From IMG/VR virus record IMGVR_UViG_3300025137_000017, positions 32,001-96,000 of that record: a stretch of 64,000 bases of DNA. One strand, given 5' to 3'. The notes beneath the pieces are model-generated. The model did no database searches, was not told the origin of the DNA, and saw only the letters and a program-made list of their open reading frames with translations. The DNA is from a virus. How positions within the stretch are numbered: position 1 is the stretch's first letter; each line of letters opens with the position of its first letter. This document shows positions 9,270-18,612 of the stretch, piece after piece. The translations under genes were made by a program, and so were the position numbers.

Positions 9270-9376
9270 CACTATAATATAAACCATATAGATATTAGTA
9301 ATATTAATCGAAATACCGTTAGGTATTGAAGATTAGATGCCGTATGGCATCACTAATATAACAGCAAAGATATATA

Positions 9377-9817
9377 ATGAACTTCGACATATTCAAAATG
9401 AAATTCCTTGAGTGGACAGAGAATGTAATTGAGCAGAAAAAAGAAGATGGTTTTTCTATCTGTCCGTTTGCCAAAAGGGCACGTCTAGACAATAAAATAC
9501 AGTTTATAGATTGTACAATAGCTACCAGTGAGTTGCTTACATTTAACAAAGAACGATACGAAATAGGTATTGCTTGGTTGGGTGATTCAGTAGACATGTC
9601 TATCATTGATGAAGTTCTAGAGCGTTATAAGGCAGAAAATCCTGACCTATTATACTTTACAAGTACAACAGATTCAGGATACTTTGCTAAGAACTTTACT
9701 AATTGTGTGTTTATTCAATTAAGAGGTGATATAGATATGCGGAGGGAACAGTTACACAAAACCAAGTACTATGACAGTTGGCCAGAGCATTACTATAAAA
9801 TAATAACCGGGCACTAG
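9377..9817 (+). CDS. Hypothetical protein with a DUF1415-like CPFA motif
   Basis: W-x-E-x-V...ICPFAK at the N-terminus and VFIQ near the C-terminus. Confidence 0.5.
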   Translation: MNFDIFKMKFLEWTENVIEQKKEDGFSICPFAKRARLDNKIQFIDCTIATSELLTFNKERYEIGIAWLGDSVDMSIIDEVLERYKAENPDLLYFTSTTDSGYFAKNFTNCVFIQLRGDIDMRREQLHKTKYYDSWPEHYYKIITGH

Positions 9818-9993
9818 CGTTTCGCCTTCATATCTTCTGAACGCTTATTCATTCTCTCGATTAACATCTGAACAGCCGGTAAAGGCATGGTCATAATCTC
9901 TTGATAACCAACAGCACCACCACTATATAATATTATGTCTATGTAGTTTTCTTCAACGGCTTTTCTTTGCTCATCATATCGTTCTACAATCAT
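9814..9993 (-). CDS. Tail-assembly chaperone C-terminal module (gp51 / lambda gpT-like); may be made by -1 frameshift from the upstream gene
   Basis: GAVGYQEIMTMP resembles short chaperone T-modules. The frame is open back through the slippery site at 10032-10038. It also has its own GGAG-ATG at 9993. Confidence 0.55.
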   Translation of the reverse strand: MIVERYDEQRKAVEENYIDIILYSGGAVGYQEIMTMPLPAVQMLIERMNKRSEDMKAKR

Positions 9994-10022
9994 TTGGATC
10001 TCCGACGGCTGACTAGTGGATA

Positions 10023-10859
10023 TCAACCTACGAAAAAATTTGATACATCCAGTTCTACTTCTTGTGACCATTCATTAGAACATTCAATACATTTGGCTTT
10101 GAAATTTGTATCCAAGCCATCATCACTTAATGCTTCAATTCTATCTTTGATTGCATCGTGATCTTTTTTACTAATATTTTGTAACCACTCCCGAATCATA
10201 TCTTTATCTACAATAACTTCTGAACTGTCGGGTGCCTGGACACTTGAGATACAACTTGTGATTACATCAATAGTTAGTGTAGCAAGTTCAACAAAAGTTT
10301 CTCCAAACATTTTAGATTTTGTATTATCATCTGCTTCACTGGCAATTAGATTATCTACCATCTTTTGTCGTTTGATATTTTGAATTTGCATGAGAGTCCT
10401 ATCATCAATTGTATAGGGTCTAACTATTATCTTAAAGTTACTTTCCAGTCTTACTTCTGTATCAAATTCAACTTCTTTAATTTGTGATAGTAGTTGAGCA
10501 CTATCAATGGTCAATTGATTAAGGTGTTTACATTTTGGGCATTCAAGATCTACGTCAAACTTGTTACCATAAGTTGCTTGTCTAATAGCAATTAGTAACA
10601 CAAGCAGATCGTTAACTGGAATCTGTCTGGGATTTTGTATATCCGGACAGCATGATTCAAGTAGTGCAATATTGGCTTCCCCATTAAACAACGCATCAGG
10701 CGTTTTTGTTAACAGTTCGTCTCTGGCACTCATAGGATACACGGCTAGTTCATTATCAACACTTAATTTTGGCTTTGGATCGTACCATTTTGCCCCTGAA
10801 GGCAACGATACAAACACAGCAGGCTTTTTATATGCCTGGATTAGAGGATTTTCTGACAT
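10023..10859 (-). CDS. Baseplate hub assembly / tail-assembly chaperone, T4 gp26-like
   Basis: NPL...LPSG, YPMSARDELL.KTPDALFNG, LLIAIRQATYG, two CxxC pairs and C-terminal NFF. Confidence 0.75.
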   Translation of the reverse strand: MSENPLIQAYKKPAVFVSLPSGAKWYDPKPKLSVDNELAVYPMSARDELLTKTPDALFNGEANIALLESCCPDIQNPRQIPVNDLLVLLIAIRQATYGNKFDVDLECPKCKHLNQLTIDSAQLLSQIKEVEFDTEVRLESNFKIIVRPYTIDDRTLMQIQNIKRQKMVDNLIASEADDNTKSKMFGETFVELATLTIDVITSCISSVQAPDSSEVIVDKDMIREWLQNISKKDHDAIKDRIEALSDDGLDTNFKAKCIECSNEWSQEVELDVSNFFVG

Positions 10860-10874
10860 CTGGTGTTTTCTCCG

Positions 10875-10912
10875 AATAAATACTTATGTATAAAGCGTCA
10901 ATAGTATTTATA
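10875..10912. promoter_or_regulatory. Pair of oppositely oriented late promoters
   Basis: AATAAATA (+) at 10875-10882 and exact T4 consensus TATAAATA (-) at 10905-10912. Confidence 0.6.
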
Positions 10913-10932
10913 CATTAAATAGGTAGTTAATT

Positions 10933-13044
10933 ATGGATATAGGACAAATTGCTAGTATTTTTTCTTCATTGCCCGAATGGGTATCAGAAGATACTATGCA
11001 AGGTATATTAAGATCACAGCGAAGTAATACTAATCAGAATATAGCTAAGATCAATAAGATTGCCTCAAAATGGGGTTTAGATCCTATCGAAGCTCAAATT
11101 GATGAAATAATTGACAACAAACAAAGAGGTATGCAGGATACTAAACGTATGTCTGCACAGACTAGATCAGCTATAAATGATTTACAGCGAGAAAACGATC
11201 CCATTCAGGGACTAGGTGCTGGTATTAGTTTGGTTGGTGGTGCTCTTGGTAATGTTGGAAAAGGAGTTGACTTCCTAACAGGTAACAAATTAAGTAGTCT
11301 TGCCAAGAAAAAAATAGGACCTAAACTATTAAAAGCAGGAAACAAAGGACTAGGCGCTCTGGCAGGAGTCGCCGGATTTACTGCTGGTACAAGTGCCTTC
11401 ATAATGAGTTTAGAACGAGATATCCGTGCAATGGTTGAAATGAGTGTGTTTACCAATCCATCAGAAATGCAATATATTAAAGAAGCTGCCAATGGTGTTG
11501 GTATGAGTATGGTGGAAGCTACAAAGATGCTGGGCGGTAGTCAGGCAATGATAGCCGCAGTCGGAGACGGTGATGTAGCAACAGGAACACTAAGGTTTTT
11601 AAAATTTGCAGAAAAATTAGAACATATGAATGCTAATGGCAAAGGTGGTATTAGTGATTTTGGTTTAGGCGTTGACCAAATGGCTCAAAGACTGGCACAA
11701 GAAGCATCATTGCTATATGATCTAAACGAATTAACAGAAACAAATTTAACACCAAAGGGACAAGCATATAAAAACTTTGAAACAATGGAAGGTATGATGA
11801 CCTATATGGCAGACTGGACCGGCGTTAGAAAGAGTGAATTACTTGACCAGGGTATGCAGGCTGATGCAATGATAGATTATAGAATGGCTCTCAAACAAAA
11901 CAAAGCACATTTAGAAGCGGCCTATGGTGAAGGAACTGTGGTGGCAGTAGCAAATGGCAGAAGAAGATTAGCAATGCAATTGGCTATGGTTCCAGAATTA
12001 CAAACAGAACTATTAGCTGGTCTTGATAAGACAATAAACGACATTCAATATAACGGAGGCGATTCAGTAATCTCCTTTAATCAAGAGTTTCTAGATAAGA
12101 TGAATGTCCTGGATCCAGATGCAGCGAATAGAATGACAAAACTTATTAAGGATATAGCAACAGGACAATTTAAAGACGATCCAATACAACAGGATATAGA
12201 AGTTAAGAAATTCTTACAGTCAGTTGCAAATGCAAAAACTAAAGATGGTCCACAAGAAATGTTCAAAGCAGTTAACACGTTAATTACCACGACTAACTTA
12301 ATTCCTAATCTTGATATGTCAGATAATGAGCAAAGAGAAAAAGCGGCAAATGTAAAAGCCAAAGCTGAAGAAGGCGACAACATGATTGATACAATAGACA
12401 ACACTAGAAAAACATTGAGATCAGGTATTACGGCACTAGCACCCACAACAAATACAGTAGTTGATTTATTTGGAACTCTTACTACGGGTATTGGAATTTT
12501 TGGTTCAGCGATATCTATGATTCCTGGATTTGAATCCATGCATAAAGTTTTGGGAAAAGATGCAATTGGAAAGTATCGTATTGATCCAAGTACAACATAT
12601 GGTCCGCAGATGTCTGATTTTGTTGAACCTACAGTACCAAAACTTTCAGATGAAGAAATTAGGAAACGAAATCACGAAGCTATGGTAAAAGGCCCACACT
12701 TGGATGGCACAAAGGTGGTTGTACCAGTTACAGTAACCGATCCAAATGAAAAATCTTTTCTAGGAAACATTTGGGATTCAATTACAGGAGCCGACGATGG
12801 TAAAAAAGAAAAAGAAAGAGTAGCAGGATTATCTACTCCAGAACTAACAGCAAGACTTGACGAAGTTAAAGACAAAATTAAACAACTAGAAATTAAAAAA
12901 GCAGAATCTAAAAACGGTTTTCATATAGATGGTATCAATAGAAGGATAGCTTCGGAAGAAAGAGCAATGGCTAGAATACTAGCTGACATAGTGGCAAAGA
13001 CAAATCAATCAACACTCTCGGAGACAGTAGACAATGGCAAGTAG
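10933..13044 (+). CDS. Tape-measure-like / ejected virion protein 1
   Basis: 703 aa, Ala/Gly/Met-rich and helical; next to the chaperone gene; preceded by a late promoter. Confidence 0.5.
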   Translation: MDIGQIASIFSSLPEWVSEDTMQGILRSQRSNTNQNIAKINKIASKWGLDPIEAQIDEIIDNKQRGMQDTKRMSAQTRSAINDLQRENDPIQGLGAGISLVGGALGNVGKGVDFLTGNKLSSLAKKKIGPKLLKAGNKGLGALAGVAGFTAGTSAFIMSLERDIRAMVEMSVFTNPSEMQYIKEAANGVGMSMVEATKMLGGSQAMIAAVGDGDVATGTLRFLKFAEKLEHMNANGKGGISDFGLGVDQMAQRLAQEASLLYDLNELTETNLTPKGQAYKNFETMEGMMTYMADWTGVRKSELLDQGMQADAMIDYRMALKQNKAHLEAAYGEGTVVAVANGRRRLAMQLAMVPELQTELLAGLDKTINDIQYNGGDSVISFNQEFLDKMNVLDPDAANRMTKLIKDIATGQFKDDPIQQDIEVKKFLQSVANAKTKDGPQEMFKAVNTLITTTNLIPNLDMSDNEQREKAANVKAKAEEGDNMIDTIDNTRKTLRSGITALAPTTNTVVDLFGTLTTGIGIFGSAISMIPGFESMHKVLGKDAIGKYRIDPSTTYGPQMSDFVEPTVPKLSDEEIRKRNHEAMVKGPHLDGTKVVVPVTVTDPNEKSFLGNIWDSITGADDGKKEKERVAGLSTPELTARLDEVKDKIKQLEIKKAESKNGFHIDGINRRIASEERAMARILADIVAKTNQSTLSETVDNGK

Positions 13045-15130
13045 TTATAATATAAATTTACCTGATGGATCAAGTTTACCAGTTCCAGCTTGGGCAACAG
13101 AACAAACTCTACAACAACTAGCACAAATGTTGAATAAGAATAACTTATCTGTAGATATTATTACTGATCTAATGCAAGAAAATAATATGGACGTAGGTGA
13201 TGTTGCAGCCAAAATGTCACAACTAGCTGATGTAGACAAGAAAGAACTGCAACAAAGACTTTCAGAAGCAAAGAAACAATCCAAGAGCTTTGGTGCTAAA
13301 CTAACAGGCATAATGGACAAGTATAACAATACAGATAAACCATTAAGTAGTTTAGTTGATTTGGCTACCAACTTGGGTCGGGATATGAAAGATAGTTCTG
13401 GTACTTTTGGTAAAGACAAACAAAAAACAGCCGCCGGTGCAACGGCATTGACTGGAGTTATGGGTAAGCTGGGCAAGGCTATGGGTGTAGCGGGTGATAT
13501 TGCTCTTGTATACGCTGGTTTTATGGCCGGTAAAGGTGAAGAGTTTGCCAAAGCACAACAAAATATGATTGATAGTGGTGCTATCTTCTTTGAAAATGCG
13601 GCGGCCTTTAATGCGTTACAGACACAGGCAAGAGATGCAGGCATTGGCTATGAGAAGTTCACAACTATTGTAGGTAACTTCGGAAGTGCGATGGTTGGAT
13701 TAGGTGGCAACGTTAGTAATGGTGCTGTTGAATTTGGCGTTCTAGCAGAAAAACTAAATGATTCAAGTGATAAGTTCGGAGACTTTGGTATGACAAGTGA
13801 AAACTTGGCTGAAGGTTTTGCAGAGTTTATTGAAACACAACGTATGGCTGGAAATATAGATAGAACTCAGGTAGGCTACGGAGACAAGTTAGTCAAAGCA
13901 TATCAGGAATTGTTAATTGAAACAGGTTCATATGCAAGTGCTACAGCATTCACAAGAAAGCAGATGTTGGAATCATACACAGAGGCTATGAGTGCTCCAG
14001 TATTTGCAGGTACAATGAAAATATTAGATAAACTTGGTGAAAATGCCACAAAAGAAGCGGCTCAGGCAATACAAGTACAGTTAAAGTTACTTGAAAAAGG
14101 TGGGGTTACAGATATAGCAACACCATTACTTGGTGCTTTTGAACAGGCGTTGAGTGCATCAACAGGCGACTTAAAGAGTTTTGATATTACTAGTTACCTA
14201 GCAGAAAATGGCGGTGAACAATTAATTGCAACACTCGATAATGTAAATTCTACCCTATTACAAGATATTAATAGATCAATCCGTAATGGTGAGAAGCTGT
14301 CTGGAGATATGATACAGCAGTTAATGGCGGCGTATGAGAGTGTTAAGCCAGGAATGGTTATTCCTGCTGGTGCAACAGATGGCTTAATGGGTTACATGAA
14401 GAGAACACAGAATCAAATGGAAGAATTCCGTTTAAAAACTAAAGCAGTTTCTGAAATGTCAGAAGAAGAACGTAAAGAACTTAAAAACAAACATAAGAAA
14501 GATCTAAAGGGTGCAGGACAGTTAACTAAAGTAATGAATGATGTTACAGAGGGATACCTAAACGCAATGGATGCCTTGACACTTCCAATGGATAAATTCG
14601 CTACAGTACTAAACACAGTAACAACTGGTTTGAGCAACGTGGCAGGTGGAGCCAAAAACAATGCTAGTGGTCAAAACTTTATGCCTGGGTATGAGGGATA
14701 TTACGACATGGGTAAAGAACATAGATCTCCAAACAGAACTCCAATGGCGGCTGGTGGGTATGCTACCCCAGGATCAATAGGCATTGTGGGAGAAGAAGGT
14801 CCGGAATTATTACAAATGGGTGCCATGGGCGGAACAGTAATGTCTAATATGGTATTAAATAATTTGGTTGACAGCTTCAAAGAAAGCATGTATAATGAAG
14901 ATAATAAAGCTATGGTATCTCCCAATAGTTCAATTGGCTCGTCATTAATTAGTGAATATGAACAGGCATTGGCAGGCGATACTTCGGAATCCGGTGAAAG
15001 TATGAAGGGTCTAGAAGAAATCTTAGAGATGAAAAAACAAACTGTTACATCTTTAAAAAATCTAGACAGCGTATTAACTGGTATGTTTGCTCTAAGCGAA
15101 CAGCGATCAATTGCTTCTGAGATGTCTTAA
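13034..15130 (+). CDS. Tape-measure-like protein 2
   Basis: 698 aa, helical; C-terminal MAAGG...GIVGEEGPEL motif common in tape-measure proteins. Confidence 0.6.
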   Translation: MASSYNINLPDGSSLPVPAWATEQTLQQLAQMLNKNNLSVDIITDLMQENNMDVGDVAAKMSQLADVDKKELQQRLSEAKKQSKSFGAKLTGIMDKYNNTDKPLSSLVDLATNLGRDMKDSSGTFGKDKQKTAAGATALTGVMGKLGKAMGVAGDIALVYAGFMAGKGEEFAKAQQNMIDSGAIFFENAAAFNALQTQARDAGIGYEKFTTIVGNFGSAMVGLGGNVSNGAVEFGVLAEKLNDSSDKFGDFGMTSENLAEGFAEFIETQRMAGNIDRTQVGYGDKLVKAYQELLIETGSYASATAFTRKQMLESYTEAMSAPVFAGTMKILDKLGENATKEAAQAIQVQLKLLEKGGVTDIATPLLGAFEQALSASTGDLKSFDITSYLAENGGEQLIATLDNVNSTLLQDINRSIRNGEKLSGDMIQQLMAAYESVKPGMVIPAGATDGLMGYMKRTQNQMEEFRLKTKAVSEMSEEERKELKNKHKKDLKGAGQLTKVMNDVTEGYLNAMDALTLPMDKFATVLNTVTTGLSNVAGGAKNNASGQNFMPGYEGYYDMGKEHRSPNRTPMAAGGYATPGSIGIVGEEGPELLQMGAMGGTVMSNMVLNNLVDSFKESMYNEDNKAMVSPNSSIGSSLISEYEQALAGDTSESGESMKGLEEILEMKKQTVTSLKNLDSVLTGMFALSEQRSIASEMS

Positions 15131-15140
15131 TTAAATTATA

Positions 15141-15148
15141 GCTAAATA
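15141..15148 (+). promoter_or_regulatory. Late promoter GCTAAATA (portal)
   Basis: Recurring motif 22 nt upstream of the portal ATG. Confidence 0.6.
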
Positions 15149-15170
15149 CATTAAATAAAAGGTTACAAAA

Positions 15171-16832
15171 ATGAGTTGGAAGAAACATTTTACGAGATAT
15201 GATGGTGACGCAAAAGCTGGCCAAACGAAGGCGAATCGTTGGCAGAGTTGGTTACCTGAAGTATACTCCGGCATGCCAAATCGTACAGAGCGTTATGTTC
15301 AGTATGATCAGATGGATCAAGACAGTGAAATTAATGCGGCATTGGATACTATTGCAGAATTTAGTACACAAAAAGAAATAAAGAACCTACTACCATTTGA
15401 GATCAACTATAAAGATGATGCAACTGAATCAGAAGTCAATGCATTGGAAACAGGATTAAAACAATGGTGTAATATTAATGATCTAGAAAGACGTGTATTC
15501 GGTATGTTTAGAGCATCAATTAAGTATGGCGACCAGTTCTTTATTCGTGATCCAGAAACATTTAAACTAATATGGGTTGATCCTAGTGATGTCAGTAAAG
15601 CGATTGTTAATGAAAGTAGTGGTAAAGAAATTGATCAGTATATCATTAAAAATGTTGCATTAAACTTACAAGACATGGTAGCAGTTGATACAAAAAAGAC
15701 TGCCAATGTTGCACAAAAAGGACAAACAACAAGTTATACAACTCCACCAAATACCAATGCAGGTGTTTATCATGGTAATTATAATAGTAGTAATACTGAA
15801 TATGCAATTGATGCCAGTAACGTTATCCATATTGCATTAACAGATGGTATGAGTGCAAACTGGCCTTTTGGAACAAGTATTCTTGAAAGTGTATTTAAAG
15901 TATATAAGCAAAAAGAATTACTAGAAGATTCAATTATTATTTACAGAGTACAACGTGCTCCTGAAAGACGTGTGTTTTATATTGATGTTGGTAATATGCC
16001 GGCCCATAAAGCAATGAGCTTTGTTGAGAGAGTTAAAAACGAAGTACACCAAACTCGTATACCTAATAAGACAGGTGGCGGAACAAATGTAATGGATGCG
16101 GCCTACAATCCACTATCAATTATGGAAGACTACTTCTTTGCTCAGACGGCAGAAGGTCGTGGTTCTAAAGTTGATGTGTTACAGGGTGGCGATAACTTAG
16201 GTGAGATTGATGACCTAAAATACTTTAATAACAAACTTATGCGAGGTTTAAGAGTACCAAGTAGTTACCTTCCAACAGGTGGCGAAGATGGAACAGCAAC
16301 GTATAATGATGGTAGAGTTGGAACAGCTCTAATCCAGGAATTTAGATTCAGCAAATACTGTGAAAGGATTCAAGCAATTCTACAAACTTCACTTGATACT
16401 GAATTTAAACTTTTCCTCAGACACAGAGGAATTGAAATACCAAGTAGTTTATTTGATCTACAATTTACTGAGCCACAGAGCTTTAGTCAATATAGAGACA
16501 TTGAACTAGAATCCCAACGAGCTACACTATTCTCACAGATTGAAGGTGTTGGTTACTTGAGTCGTAGATTCTTAATGAAGAAGTATCTAGGCCTAACTGA
16601 AGATGAGCTAGTTGAAAATGAACGTATGTGGAGAGACGAAAACGATATTAAGTCAGAAGCAGAAGTAGACTCTAAAGGAGATCTTGGAAGTCTAGGATTA
16701 CGTTCAGGTGATGTTGAAGGATTTGAACCTACTGATGTCGATGCAGAAGTAGATGATATTGATGGAGATGTACCCGGCATTGATGATGGTGGTGAATCTC
16801 CTATATCAGGAGACGCTCCGGAGGAGAACTAA
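15171..16832 (+). CDS. Portal protein, T4 gp20-like
   Basis: LLEDSIIIYRVQRAPERRVFYIDVGNMP, EDYFF and DDLKYFNNKL motifs. Confidence 0.95.
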   Translation: MSWKKHFTRYDGDAKAGQTKANRWQSWLPEVYSGMPNRTERYVQYDQMDQDSEINAALDTIAEFSTQKEIKNLLPFEINYKDDATESEVNALETGLKQWCNINDLERRVFGMFRASIKYGDQFFIRDPETFKLIWVDPSDVSKAIVNESSGKEIDQYIIKNVALNLQDMVAVDTKKTANVAQKGQTTSYTTPPNTNAGVYHGNYNSSNTEYAIDASNVIHIALTDGMSANWPFGTSILESVFKVYKQKELLEDSIIIYRVQRAPERRVFYIDVGNMPAHKAMSFVERVKNEVHQTRIPNKTGGGTNVMDAAYNPLSIMEDYFFAQTAEGRGSKVDVLQGGDNLGEIDDLKYFNNKLMRGLRVPSSYLPTGGEDGTATYNDGRVGTALIQEFRFSKYCERIQAILQTSLDTEFKLFLRHRGIEIPSSLFDLQFTEPQSFSQYRDIELESQRATLFSQIEGVGYLSRRFLMKKYLGLTEDELVENERMWRDENDIKSEAEVDSKGDLGSLGLRSGDVEGFEPTDVDAEVDDIDGDVPGIDDGGESPISGDAPEEN

Positions 16833-16833
16833 G

Positions 16834-17031
16834 ATGAGATTTGGTGAATTAGCACAATCGGCTGAGAATGATGAGTACAATAAATGGGATATCGATGATA
16901 CTCGACGCCCTAGACTTACATTAAGACAACTTAATAAGATGCGTGGCATGAGAGAAATCGCAAAGGCAGAGCATATTGAACAAGTTGATCAGTTTAAAAC
17001 AATGTACGGTGCAACTGCTCCTGCCGAGTAA
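16834..17031 (+). CDS. Small head-region protein (65 aa)
   Basis: ATG 16834 after GGAG; DTRRPRLTLRQLNKMR; sits between portal and core genes. Confidence 0.6.
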   Translation: MRFGELAQSAENDEYNKWDIDDTRRPRLTLRQLNKMRGMREIAKAEHIEQVDQFKTMYGATAPAE

Positions 17032-17058
17032 AACCCCTTAAAATTTATCTATAATCAC

Positions 17059-17085
17059 CGAAAGCACGGTTTTAACCGTGTTTCG
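17059..17085. other. Intergenic hairpin (terminator or processing site)
   Basis: CGAAA-G-CACGGTT / AACCGTG-TTTCG inverted repeat, just upstream of late-like CTTAAATA at 17107-17114. Confidence 0.45.
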
Positions 17086-17149
17086 CCTTAGTTTACACCA
17101 ATACGTCTTAAATATACATGTTATAACCTATCTATAGAAGGAGATTATT

Positions 17150-17962
17150 ATGAGTGCTCAAGATCGTTATAAAAAAATCGTAGAGTCCCTAGTAAATGAT
17201 GAGACAGATCAAGCGTCTGAACTTTTACATGAGGCTTTCGTAGAAAAAGCTCGCGAAATCTGGAATGATTTGCTAGAGCAAGACGAACTCATCGAAGATG
17301 AGATCGAAGAAGAAGATATCGAAGAAGCAATTGGTGATGAAAAATCTGGAGATTTTCTAGACGACATCGAAACTGATAAAGATGAGATTGAAAGTGAAGA
17401 AGCTTTTGGTGAAGCTGACGATGAAGAGGATGAAGGTGAACTTGATCCTGCTGATATGGAAGCCGAACTAGAATTAGCTGACCCAGACATGGGCGACATG
17501 GACGCTCCAGAAGGAGAAGAAGGTGTTGAAGCGGCTATGGATAATGTTGAAGATGCTCTAGCGGCATTGAAGGCAGAATTTGCATCTATTATGGGTGACG
17601 ATGACGGAGAAGTAGAAGGCGATCCAGAAATGGATATGCCGGAAATGGAGTCAGAGGAACTAGCTTTCGAAGAAACTGATGAAGTTGATGAAGAAGTAGA
17701 AGAACTAGATGAAGCAGCAGAACTTAAAGCCGTTAGTGCCCCAGCAAACACTGGTGGAGACGATGGTAAAAAGTCCCCTATTGCAGACTTGAATAAAGGA
17801 AAAGATCCTGCTAAAGGAACTGGAGAGAACAAAGAGGCTTCTGCAGTTAACTTTGCTGGTGGCAATGAAAAAGGCGGTAAAGCACCTGCACCGAAGGCAA
17901 TGAGCGTAACAACTCCTGCTGATGCTGGTAGTCCAAAGCCTGCTCCAAAGCCAAAAGGATAA
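17150..17962 (+). CDS. Highly acidic prohead core protein (gp67/gp68-position)
   Basis: Extremely Asp/Glu-rich with a Pro/Lys tail; lies between portal and protease; AAGGAG RBS. Confidence 0.65.
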   Translation: MSAQDRYKKIVESLVNDETDQASELLHEAFVEKAREIWNDLLEQDELIEDEIEEEDIEEAIGDEKSGDFLDDIETDKDEIESEEAFGEADDEEDEGELDPADMEAELELADPDMGDMDAPEGEEGVEAAMDNVEDALAALKAEFASIMGDDDGEVEGDPEMDMPEMESEELAFEETDEVDEEVEELDEAAELKAVSAPANTGGDDGKKSPIADLNKGKDPAKGTGENKEASAVNFAGGNEKGGKAPAPKAMSVTTPADAGSPKPAPKPKG

Positions 17963-17968
17963 TTGATA

Positions 17969-18610
17969 ATGCGTAATGTAACTCTAACTGAACGTCTATC
18001 TTTCGATAAGGCAAATATCATCGTTGAATCCAAAGAGGATGGCAACGGCGGTAAAAACCTATACATGGAAGGTATCTTCGTTCAGGGTGACAAACGCAAT
18101 CAAAACAAAAGAGTTTACCCTACAAGTGAGATCCAACGTGCTGTTAAGAATATACAGACAAAGATCGATGAAGGGTTTTCAGTATTAGGTGAAGCGGACC
18201 ATCCAGATGATTTACAAGTAAATCTAGACAGAGTGTCCCACATGATAGAAAAGATGTGGATGAACGGCGCTGATGGTTACGGAAGACTTAAACTATTGCC
18301 TACTCCAATGGGACAAATATGTATTACACTATTGGGGAACGGCGTAAAGCTAGGCGTGTCAAGTCGCGGCAGCGGTAACGTTACAGAATCAGGTAACGTA
18401 TCAGAATTTGAGATACAGACGGTGGACATTGTTGCCAACCCAAGTGCTCCTGATGCCTATCCAGATCCACTCTACGAAGCTATTATGAATGGTCCTCGTG
18501 GAAATATTTTATTGGACGTAGCAACTGCAACTAATCATGACACAAAGGCACAAAAGTACCTCCAGGAAGAGGTACTTAGATTGATAAACAACCTAGGTAT
18601 TAGGAGATAA
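17969..18610 (+). CDS. Prohead maturation protease, T4 gp21-like
   Basis: NQNKRVYP, LGEADHP, LGVSSRGSG and DIVANPSAPDAY motifs. Confidence 0.93.
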   Translation: MRNVTLTERLSFDKANIIVESKEDGNGGKNLYMEGIFVQGDKRNQNKRVYPTSEIQRAVKNIQTKIDEGFSVLGEADHPDDLQVNLDRVSHMIEKMWMNGADGYGRLKLLPTPMGQICITLLGNGVKLGVSSRGSGNVTESGNVSEFEIQTVDIVANPSAPDAYPDPLYEAIMNGPRGNILLDVATATNHDTKAQKYLQEEVLRLINNLGIRR

Positions 18611-18612
18611 GA

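Noticed and set aside
8918-9376. Group I intron housing the GIY-YIG gene
   Set aside because: No recognisable P7/J8-7 core, and the flanking genes are not two halves of one gene.
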